24,857 nucleotides of DNA, taken from the IMG/VR virus record IMGVR_UViG_3300037991_003040, positions 1 to 24,857 of that record; one strand, 5' to 3'. A program made the translations under genes and the position numbers. How positions within the stretch are numbered: position 1 is the stretch's first letter; every line of letters starts with the position of its first letter. This stretch comes from a virus (lineage: Duplodnaviria > Caudoviricetes). Positions 9,801-17,700 of this stretch are shown piece by piece. Under the pieces are notes generated by a model that saw nothing but the letters and a program-made list of their open reading frames with translations, ran no database searches and was not told the origin of the DNA.

Positions 9801-11399
9801 TATTATCCAGGTGCTTTACCGCCTATAGTAAGTGTTATAGCTACAGATAATGATTTATTTGATGGTGTTAATGAACCAGGTTATGTTCCTTCAGCAGAGT
9901 TTTATAATGTAGATTCTGATCCACTTATAGCTAGAATAAACACTCCTTCAAAACAATTTGGTGTTCCTGTAACAATAACACAGGGTACAGTAGGAGATGT
10001 TACTAATGCACCTTATAACGCTTTAAATGAAATAGGAATAACACAGTCTACTATTGTACCAACCCCGTACACAACAGCGATTTTTCCAGGTCAAACAATA
10101 AGCGGAAATGGTATACCAGAGGGTACAACAGTAACCTCTGTTTCTAATGCTGGTACCGCATCGTGTTCTACTTGTAGAAGAATAGTAATGAGTAATGATA
10201 GATTACCTGGTATTGCTGTTGGTGATGTAATGACTTTTTCACCAACAAATAATACAAAATTACAAAACTGGGTAACAATGCCTCAGCTAGCTGTTATGGA
10301 AACAGATCCTGTAACATCTAATTTAGATATATTTTGGGAATCAACAACAACTGGTTTAATTAATGATTTGAATGAAGCTATATTAAACAGTACGCAGTCA
10401 ACCGTTACTTTAAGCAGTTTTAATACAGATGCTTTTACAGAAGCAATAGTACCAAATCAAAGTGGTGCAGCTAGTAGAATATTATCAGCTAACTTTACAC
10501 TGCAAGATGAGTTTGGAAATAATATAAACTACATTGATCAGTCACCAGCTCAAATAGAATTAACTAGTGTTGTTAATTTACAGGGTGATGATGTTGGTCC
10601 TGGCTCAACAAATCCTAAATTTGAACTTGAAACTATAAATAGTACAGCAGGTGCTCCAGGTTTATATAACATAAAAGCTAAAGATTTCTTTTATTTTAGT
10701 CAACAAAATCAAACAAAAGATACTTTTACTTTTACCTTTACTTTAAATATTAATGGAGTTCAAACAATTATAACAAAAACACCTGTTGCTTTAGGAAATG
10801 AAGACCCAACAATAAGTAGTGCTAGACCTTGTCCAGGTTCTGGTGGAGTAACTTATTATCCAGGTATTACAGGAGGTGGAACCGGAGTTTTTGTAAATAT
10901 AGGTGGTTTTAATGGTTCAGCAGGAACTTTACAAGGATTAGCTTATTTAGATTTATCAGCTAGTGTAAGTGTTGTAAAAGGAGGTGTTGATTATGGTCCA
11001 GCTGGAACCGCTGATGTAACTGTAACAACAACCCCGTTTAGTACAGCTTTAAATGCTCAGCTTGCTTTTGCAGGAGGTGATCCTCCTAATAGTATGGTAG
11101 ATGGTACATATGTGGTTACTTTAACATTTGAAGATGCCGGTGGCGATACGGTTAGTTGTACATTTAATTTACACATAGAAAGAGATCCATGTTATACATA
11201 TAGATATACTTATACAAATAGTGGTAATGTAATAACTTCTGTAGCGTATCAAAATTGTGATGGTGAAAGTGTTGTTACTTCTTTTGTAGATAATCAATCG
11301 CCACCTATGCAAAACATAGTTTGCGCACCAAATAATACAACCGCATTAACTAATGTTGGTTTTGTAAAAGATAATAATCCAGGATTCCCTTGCAATTAG
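6879..11399 (+). CDS. Muzzle / tail-stabilisation protein, N-terminal part with inserted beta modules and an Ig-like C-terminus (1506 aa)
   Basis: The N-terminus NNFIKGRMNKDLDDRLIP.GEYRNAMN and the motifs LLFFTDNRNQPRVIN, FVRFSYRFKY, NRVVYSNY and YQVGIVLSDRYGRSS fit crAss-like muzzle (P22 gp10-like) proteins. Confidence 0.75.
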   Translation: MAKISNNFIKGRMNKDLDDRLIPVGEYRNAMNAQVSKSEGQNVGALENVLGNTKIADFRTLTSTNDLKSIGYFADEINNIVYVFLTNNTGVTYDPSKKNFLYSYNTLTSTTTQLLQGAFLNFSTQNPMIGVNLLEDLLFFTDNRNQPRVINVNSAFSNAQGLKDFYTNEDQISVAKYYPYQPIEVYRKAGNLPVTYIETVTLTSSTQAYSAGTTFNVSTASAGNAAITVGMTMFCKSDCTAANLSIPPDTVVTSVTNTAFNAFDITVNKDINLTGSNGKFYFTSVPDEGAYETTMYDVTSKAYPNGGTGNINGTVGSATNSIDLISSTIQGDIIPPYTGSLGATVAYIDPTTGKLINTGARVQAFNYSQGSSSNPPTSRVTLNQNIGPFSVANTELVFNYNHYYDHEFNGDKDFLRDKFVRFSYRFKYENNDYSIMAPFTQPCFIPKKDGYFMYKVNQVTAPPSGVANYRTNPPPLDIQDEEDTYRSTVVEFMENKNDKIILRIPSPTSISEAQMKTGSVAASLKVIEVDLLYKESDGLSVSVIETIPVSQFGASYKYAFVNGQTTQSTSVTIDGISGVTGSRIKVGDIVRGNGIVGAPTVVSTNNVNNVVLSSAQSLADNTKLEFGDEYYFDYHYQSQKPYKVLPDNEITRTYDKIPVKAFGQEIISNRVVYSNYQDKHTPPNFINYNVGVSEKTEFNAGTGSTTTSASEASGQTVLSVNTPTGVYNNGAIVTSPEPGIPNNTTLVEYDPAGPTITISNALTATLPSGSVINFTAPNNVRYTTSDIEYPNSSLKQNRNYQVGIVLSDRYGRSSTVILNDEDNSRLFENQRYIGSTVFSDYLDTGVDQLSWFGNSLKVLFNDPIAGGGAGLYNGDATSVNYNPLGWHSFKVVVKQTEQEYYNVYLPGVMAAYPDDPIKELGKTSHSVLINDNINKVPRDLTLVGPEQRQFRSSVVLHGRVENLKNNDPAENNKQYYPGALPPIVSVIATDNDLFDGVNEPGYVPSAEFYNVDSDPLIARINTPSKQFGVPVTITQGTVGDVTNAPYNALNEIGITQSTIVPTPYTTAIFPGQTISGNGIPEGTTVTSVSNAGTASCSTCRRIVMSNDRLPGIAVGDVMTFSPTNNTKLQNWVTMPQLAVMETDPVTSNLDIFWESTTTGLINDLNEAILNSTQSTVTLSSFNTDAFTEAIVPNQSGAASRILSANFTLQDEFGNNINYIDQSPAQIELTSVVNLQGDDVGPGSTNPKFELETINSTAGAPGLYNIKAKDFFYFSQQNQTKDTFTFTFTLNINGVQTIITKTPVALGNEDPTISSARPCPGSGGVTYYPGITGGGTGVFVNIGGFNGSAGTLQGLAYLDLSASVSVVKGGVDYGPAGTADVTVTTTPFSTALNAQLAFAGGDPPNSMVDGTYVVTLTFEDAGGDTVSCTFNLHIERDPCYTYRYTYTNSGNVITSVAYQNCDGESVVTSFVDNQSPPMQNIVCAPNNTTALTNVGFVKDNNPGFPCN
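7470..10240 (+). repeat. About five divergent 70-90-aa beta modules inserted in the muzzle gene (approx. 7470-7727, 7800-8073, 8550-8760, 8985-9203, 9980-10240)
   Basis: Shared pattern G-x-x-(V/I)-x-G-x-G-I-P-x-x-T-x-V...I-x-(L/I)-S...(L/I)-x-F. Examples: IKVGDIVRGNGIVGAPTVV, IFPGQTISGNGIPEGTTVTSV, NGAIVTSPEPGIPNNTTLV, VGMTMF...SIPPDTVVTSV. Similarity is seen at protein level only; boundaries are approximate. Confidence 0.6.
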
Positions 11400-11418
11400 T
11401 GTAATAATTCTTAAAAAT

Positions 11419-11434
11419 AAGTGATAATAATATA
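11419..11434 (+). promoter_or_regulatory. AAGTGATAATAATATA, copy 2 (candidate phage promoter/operator)
   Basis: Exact match to 4832-4847. Ends 2 nt before ATG11437. A related AGTGTAATAATT lies at 11398-11409. Confidence 0.5.
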
Positions 11435-11436
11435 AT

Positions 11437-12942
11437 ATGCCAGCAGTAATTGAAGTTAAATATTTTAATACTTTTGTTCTCAAAAAGGTAAACGATCAAG
11501 TTGACTATGGAGGAAGTCCAGGTGGTTCTTTTGGTGAAATACCAATATGGAACGGTTCTAAGGGTATACCACAAACAAAAGGTGGATATGCTGGTCCTGC
11601 TGACACTGATGCAAACGATTGGGCTATAGAAGAATCAAGAATTAGAGGTGGTTATAATAATACTTCTGTGTCTTTTGGTGCTAAAGCTTATTTAGTAGAA
11701 GAAGAGCCAAACGGAAGTATAAGAGGAAATAGTATGATATATTCTGGAATATATAATTCTAGAACTGGTATAAATAGAACTAATGTTTTTTCTGTTGGTA
11801 CTGATATAACTAAATCAGTTGATCCAGCAAATGGCTCTATACAAAAACTTTATGCTGAAGATACTAATTTAAATATATTTCAAGAGTTAAAGATTAGTAG
11901 AGCATTGATAGATAAAGATGCTATATACTCTGCTGAAGGTGGTGGAGCTGTTACTAGTTCTAACTTAGTAATAGGAGCAATACAACCTTATCCAGGTAAA
12001 TTTGGTATTAGTAGTGATCCTACTAGTTTTGCTGTTTATGGAACAGCTAAATACTTTACAGATAGAGCAAATAATGCTGTATTAAGATTAGCTGGTGGTC
12101 AAATATCAGAAATAAATAAAGCAAACATGATAGACTATTTTAGAGATAGAATAGGTTATTCAGGTGTTAATTCAATTGATGTAGCAGGTGTAAGAGGAAG
12201 CATTATAGGTGGTTGGGATGTTTATAATAAACAATACGTTGTTTCAACTCAACAAGCTGGTAATCTTAAAAATACTTTTGATCAAGGTTATGAAACCCTA
12301 TCATGGGATGAAAACGTACAGGGTTGGACTAGTTTCTTTAGTTATAAACCAGATCAAATGCTTAGCATTGGAAGTAAGTTTTATAGTTTAAAAGATGGTA
12401 AATTATACGAACACTACTCTCAATCTGGTACAAGAAACTTGTTTTATCCAGATCAAGGAGGTGTAACAGCAACACCTACTTCTATTACTTTTGTTTTTAA
12501 TCCTAATGTAAATATTTCTAAAAACTTTAAAACAGTTGATTACGAAGGAAGTAATGGTTGGCAAGTAAATAGTTTTGTTTCTGATTTAACAGGTAAAAAT
12601 TTAAGTCATACAAATATAAACTGGGTTGATTTTCAAGATACAAGTGCTTTAATTTATAGTTATACTCAAGGTCAATATGACGCGGCGGGTAATGTGTATC
12701 CTAATGCTAATCCACCTTTTTTCTATGCTGGATTTAATAGAAAAGAAAACAAATATGTAGCTAATTTAGTTAATAACAGTACAGCTATGCCAAGTGAAAT
12801 AGCATTTGGTAATTCAATGTCTGGTATTAAAGGATTTTTTGCTACAGTAACAATATCAACTGACTCGGTTACAGATCCGGGTGGTGAAAAAGAATTATTT
12901 TCTGTTGGTAGCGAATATATAGCTAACAATGGTTATCAATAA
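11437..12942 (+). CDS. Muzzle / tail-stabilisation protein, C-terminal part (501 aa)
   Basis: Motifs YSGIYNSRTGIN, DPANGSIQKL, GGWDVYNKQY, TLSWDENVQGWTSFFSYKP, KNFKTVDYEG and KENKY resemble the C-terminal portion of crAss-like muzzle proteins. Confidence 0.65.
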   Translation: MPAVIEVKYFNTFVLKKVNDQVDYGGSPGGSFGEIPIWNGSKGIPQTKGGYAGPADTDANDWAIEESRIRGGYNNTSVSFGAKAYLVEEEPNGSIRGNSMIYSGIYNSRTGINRTNVFSVGTDITKSVDPANGSIQKLYAEDTNLNIFQELKISRALIDKDAIYSAEGGGAVTSSNLVIGAIQPYPGKFGISSDPTSFAVYGTAKYFTDRANNAVLRLAGGQISEINKANMIDYFRDRIGYSGVNSIDVAGVRGSIIGGWDVYNKQYVVSTQQAGNLKNTFDQGYETLSWDENVQGWTSFFSYKPDQMLSIGSKFYSLKDGKLYEHYSQSGTRNLFYPDQGGVTATPTSITFVFNPNVNISKNFKTVDYEGSNGWQVNSFVSDLTGKNLSHTNINWVDFQDTSALIYSYTQGQYDAAGNVYPNANPPFFYAGFNRKENKYVANLVNNSTAMPSEIAFGNSMSGIKGFFATVTISTDSVTDPGGEKELFSVGSEYIANNGYQ

Positions 12943-12966
12943 AATTAATAATAAAAAACAATAATT

Positions 12967-13641
12967 ATGCCAGGACCCGCAGGAATGATCATAGGCGGCG
13001 CTTTACAATTAGGCGCAGGTATTTTCGGCTCAAGAAAAGCTAGAAGAGAAGCTGCTCGTATGAAAAAAGAAGCCGCTAGACTACAGGGCAAGCTTGATAG
13101 GCTGGAGGCTAATAGACAGCAAATAATAAATCCTTATGAAAATATAACAGATTTAAGCGGTAGTTTATCTAATCCTTTTGCTAGTTTAGGAGTTGCTACT
13201 CAAGCTGCTGAAATGCAAATGGAGCAAACAGATATAGCTTTAGCTAATACTCTTGATACTATTAGAGCTACAGGTGGTGGAGCTGGTAGTGCTACAGCTT
13301 TAGCTCAAGCAGCTTTACAAGCTAAAAAAGGTGTTGCAGCTAGTATTGAACAACAAGAAGTTGCTAATGAAAGACAAAGAGCTCAAGGTGAAGCAACATT
13401 ACAACAACAAGTAATGTCAGAAAAACAAAGAGTACAACAAGCTGAAGTTGCTGGAGAACAATTTGTGTTTGAGCAAAGAGAAAATAGAGAATTAATGCAA
13501 CTTGATAGATTATCAAATCAAATAGGCGCTTTACGTGGAGCAGCTGCTCAAGCAAATGCAGACGCTACTTCTATAGGTTTAGGAGCAGTAGGAGGATTAA
13601 TGAACACGGCTACAAGCGCTGGATTATTTGGCGGATCTTAA
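12967..13641 (+). CDS. Putative DNA ejection / internal virion (pilot) protein (224 aa)
   Basis: Gly/Ala-rich hydrophobic termini (AGMIIGGALQLGAGIFGS; IGLGAVGGLMNTATSAGLFGG) flank a Q/A/E-rich coiled coil. This layout is typical of small podovirus ejection proteins encoded after the nozzle/muzzle gene. Confidence 0.65.
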   Translation: MPGPAGMIIGGALQLGAGIFGSRKARREAARMKKEAARLQGKLDRLEANRQQIINPYENITDLSGSLSNPFASLGVATQAAEMQMEQTDIALANTLDTIRATGGGAGSATALAQAALQAKKGVAASIEQQEVANERQRAQGEATLQQQVMSEKQRVQQAEVAGEQFVFEQRENRELMQLDRLSNQIGALRGAAAQANADATSIGLGAVGGLMNTATSAGLFGGS

Positions 13642-13651
13642 TATATTTAAA

Positions 13652-14752
13652 ATGGAGAAAAATATACAAATAAACTTATTTATTAAGCAGTTAAACCAAA
13701 GCAATGCTTTAGCACATACTCCTATGTATTTAGCTCATAGTGCTGATTATAATTTTAAAATATTAGACACTGCTTATTTTGAAACAGGTAAAATGTACGC
13801 TGCTTTAAAAACAGCTATAAATACAAACCGATGCTCTGATCCTTCTTGTTTTGAAGAGAATGAAAAATTAAAATTTTTACAAGAAGCACCTGAAAAATCT
13901 TTAGAATTTTTAAGTAATTTAGCAGATCAATTATCAGTCACAGAAGATACGTACTACGATGTTAATCAAAATTATCAGTTTTCTGTAGCTAACTCTATAT
14001 TTACAGGTAAACCTATGTTTGCTAAAAGCGATGGTTATAATATAATACTTCAACTTCAACAAGATGGTTCACAGGTTATTACATTTGCTGGTCCTATGCT
14101 AGAAAAACCTCTTATTGTAAACAGTGATACTTTATCGGCTTTATTAGAAGCTGGTAGTGATATGGTTACACCAACACCAGATATAAATGGAGACATGTTA
14201 AGATTAGTCTCTGAAGTTGGTGTTTTAGCAGGTAAATCAACTAACCCAGAAACAGGTGAATTATTACCTGGAGCTAAAATAGCTGATGAGTTTGTGTTAA
14301 AAAACCAAGATGGTAGCTATAACTATGAAATAATAGATATAGGTATGGGTAAAGGTAGAAACATACTTAAATTTGATTTAGATAAAATAGAAAGAAAAGT
14401 AACTCCTTTTATAGAAGCAGAAGTCGCTGGTCTTTTAACCAATGAAGCTTCTGTTGTAGCTGCTTGGAACGTATTTATAGCTAAAGGAACTAGTGTAACA
14501 GAAGATGATGAAATGGTTCAAAACGCAAATGCAGCTGCTGAATCTTGGGATTATGAAAAAGATTTACCATTAGAACCTAAGAAAAAAGATAAGTTCATGG
14601 AAAAATATAAACAATATTTCATGAATAATTATTTAAAACAATTTACTACAAATCAAATACCAACCGTTAAAGCTGATGCAGCTGTTTTTGATCTTGAAGA
14701 AGCTAAAAAAGCAAAAGCGCAAAAGTTTATAGACGATAATAAATTAGCATAA
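13652..14752 (+). CDS. Hypothetical protein, possible cargo/ejection protein (366 aa from ATG13652)
   Basis: The ORF track starts at TTG13628 inside the previous gene. ATG13652, with an A/T-rich leader 10 nt after the upstream stop, is the more likely start. Lies between the pilot protein and the giant protein; no motif recognised. Confidence 0.55.
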   Translation: MEKNIQINLFIKQLNQSNALAHTPMYLAHSADYNFKILDTAYFETGKMYAALKTAINTNRCSDPSCFEENEKLKFLQEAPEKSLEFLSNLADQLSVTEDTYYDVNQNYQFSVANSIFTGKPMFAKSDGYNIILQLQQDGSQVITFAGPMLEKPLIVNSDTLSALLEAGSDMVTPTPDINGDMLRLVSEVGVLAGKSTNPETGELLPGAKIADEFVLKNQDGSYNYEIIDIGMGKGRNILKFDLDKIERKVTPFIEAEVAGLLTNEASVVAAWNVFIAKGTSVTEDDEMVQNANAAAESWDYEKDLPLEPKKKDKFMEKYKQYFMNNYLKQFTTNQIPTVKADAAVFDLEEAKKAKAQKFIDDNKLA

Positions 14753-14753
14753 C

Positions 14754-17700
14754 ATGGCAGACAACTTATTAGACTATATAAGTTCTTTACATGATGAGGG
14801 ATTGAATGATGAACAAATCTTTCGATTAGCTCAAATATGGAAGAAAGAAAATCCTCAACCAGAAGTTGAAGAAGTTGAAGAAGTTGTTGAGACTAGTGGA
14901 CCACAGCAAAAGTTTTTTACCACTATTGATTATAGTCAATTAAACTTAAGTAACTCATTTAATCCTATTGATATTAGTTTAAGCTCAATACAAGATAGAG
15001 TAAATTTTACTGAAAGACAATTATTAAAGAATCAAAAAGAACAAGAAGGTGAACAAGTTGAGTTAGAAGAAATAGAACTAGTAGCTAATAATCCTTATAA
15101 TCCCGTAGAAATGGGTGAGCATCTTGGTCTTGACGTTTGGACAAATATAAATGATAAATACGATACAAGTGGTCTTAAAAAATTAGGTGAATGGGCTAAA
15201 AATAATAATACTTATACTCAAGATTTAGGAGGTCCAAATGAAAATACTTATGATTTAAATGAGCCTATTGTTTTAGGTGGTAATGAAGTAGCTATTGATG
15301 ATTATTTAAATGACCAGCTTAAACAACCGGCACATTGGGCTATGGGTGAAGATAGAAACAACCAGACAACTTGGATGTTTACAAATGATCCTACCGCGCA
15401 GCAAAAAATAAAAAACAAATACTTTAATGGATTAGGTGAAGATGAAAAAGGTTATGGTCCAGATATTTTTAAAGGTATCGCTCCTGTAAACTTACCTGAT
15501 CTTCAAGGTAGACGTATTTTTGCTGGTATGCAAGAAGTTAAAGATCAATGGAATTGGGATTATGATCAAATATTTAATTGGGGTGAAAGATATTTAGACG
15601 AAGATGAATTAGAGTTTAAAAATTTAAACACGCTTGCCTCTAAAATAAAAGAAGAAGATGCTGATATTGACTCTTTAATACCACAAATAGAAGATATAAT
15701 TTCTAAATATGAGCCACCAGCTGAAATAGATAGAGGCGCAAAAAATGAAGCTCTTGAAGAGTTTAAATCACTTGTAAAACAAGCTAGAGAAACAAAAGAT
15801 TATAGTAAAGTAATAGAATACATAGCTAAAAAAGAAAACTACGGCACTAAACTATACGATACTACTACAGGTGAAGTTATAGGTATAGATAAAGCTACAA
15901 CTAAAGATTTAGAAAATTACGAAAAATCAGAAGAATTAGCTATAACTACTGAATATGAAGATCTTGAATTAGGATTAGAAAGTCAGTATTATAAACTTTT
16001 AACATTAGCTAAAGACGTTAGAGAATTAAATAATACATTTGGGCAGGGTAGAACAGGTTTTACAGGTATGGATAGTGCTTCTAGCTTGATACCTGGTGTT
16101 GTTCCCGGTATAATTAGAGATGAAGATAACAATATAGTAGGATATACAGATGATTTCTATACAAGTCAAAGTGGTATTTATTCACCTGATGAATATCAAA
16201 GACTTATGGAAAGTCACCCTGATTGGAATACAGGTGACATTGATTTTACATATCCAGTTGGTAACTTAAGATCTCAAAATGGTTTATTACCTAAAGGTCT
16301 TATAGAAAAAATTACTGAGTTTATAAACACAGGTGAAATACCAGCTGGTTTAAAAGAAATACCTTCATCACATCCATTAGCAGCTGCGTATAACCAGGCT
16401 TTAAATGGCTATGTTGTTTTTAATCAAGCAATGCAATTAAATAGAAATCCTATATTTATGAAAAGCTCTATAGAGGCAGCAGAAGTTGTTGATGAAGCTA
16501 TGAATATGTTTGGAGACAATATAGTTACTACAAATGAAAGAAAAAATTTATTTGCTGATGCTTTAAACGATATAGGTTTTGATGTAAGTCCAGAAGAAAT
16601 AACAGATCAATTAGATAAAGGTTTTGGAAACAAAGTAAGTAGAGGTTTAGTTGTTTTTGGAGGATTTTTAGCTGAATTAGGTTTAACTAGAAAGGTAACA
16701 CCTGTTAGTGGACAAAGAGCTACAAAGCTTTTTCAAGACATTGGTGCTAGATCTGGTATTTATGCTAGAAGTCCATGGGCTAAAACAGCTATAGATTTAA
16801 CAGCTAAGTCTATAGGTGAAGCTGCTGACTTTGCAATGACAACAAAACTATACGGTGAAGATGGTGAAAGCGCTTTAGATTCTGCTTTATTTGGTGCTTC
16901 TATGCCTTTTGGTCAAGCTATATTTAAAGGTTTTTCAACTTTTCTTAATACTAGATATATAGCTGGTTATACACCTATAATGCAGCGTTTAATGAAAGAT
17001 CCTACACTTAGCAAAGTTATTACAAGAACTGGTGAGGCTCAAGCAGGGGCATTTTCATACCAAACAGGTAGCGCGTTTAGCTCTTTTGTTTTAGACACTG
17101 GTAATTATTTAGAAAGTTTAGAAGCAGAAGGTTCAAACTTATTTGAAAAGCATGTAGAGGAAACCCTTAAAATGATGATAATGGGTAGAGTTGGTAAAGG
17201 TGTTAAAGGTATGGAAAACATATCTTACTCTTTACAAAACAGTTTTGTTAGATTAAACAATAAAGGTAGATTAAATAAAGACTCTAGAGACGCGGCAAAA
17301 TCACTAGGAATAGATAACAATATTATAAAAAATCCTAAAGCAGACTCTTATGAAAAAGTTATTGATGCTCAAACAAAAGCATTAGAAGAGTTAAAAAAGA
17401 AAAAAGAAAGCATGGGTTCAAAAGAATATGAAGATGCTTTTAACGAAATACTAACTAATACTCAAAGATTAAAAAATCAATTAGCTCTTAATGAAGTATC
17501 AGATATTATAAAAGAAAATAGAAAAAAGCCAGATGGTAAGTTAATAACAGACGATCAACTATTTATAATATCAAATAAAATAAAAGCTGGTTCAAAACTA
17601 ACTGAAACAGAATCAGATATACTCGGTCAACCAGGAACTCCAACTAGATTAGTTGCTGAAAGATTAGGTATAGAACCTGGGTCACCAGCATATAATACAT

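Noticed and set aside
11397-11437. TAG readthrough or recoding fusing the two muzzle genes (some crAss-like phages recode TAG)
   Set aside because: An in-frame TAA follows within five codons and the downstream gene is in a different frame. All long ORFs are intact under the standard code.
13628-13651. TTG start given for the 374-aa ORF
   Set aside because: It lies inside the upstream gene. ATG13652 has the typical A/T-rich leader and is preferred.
14861-14890. Short 9-nt tandem repeat (GAAGTTGAA) encoding EVEEVEEVVE
   Set aside because: In-frame low-complexity acidic linker of about three copies; no sign of phase variation or an array.
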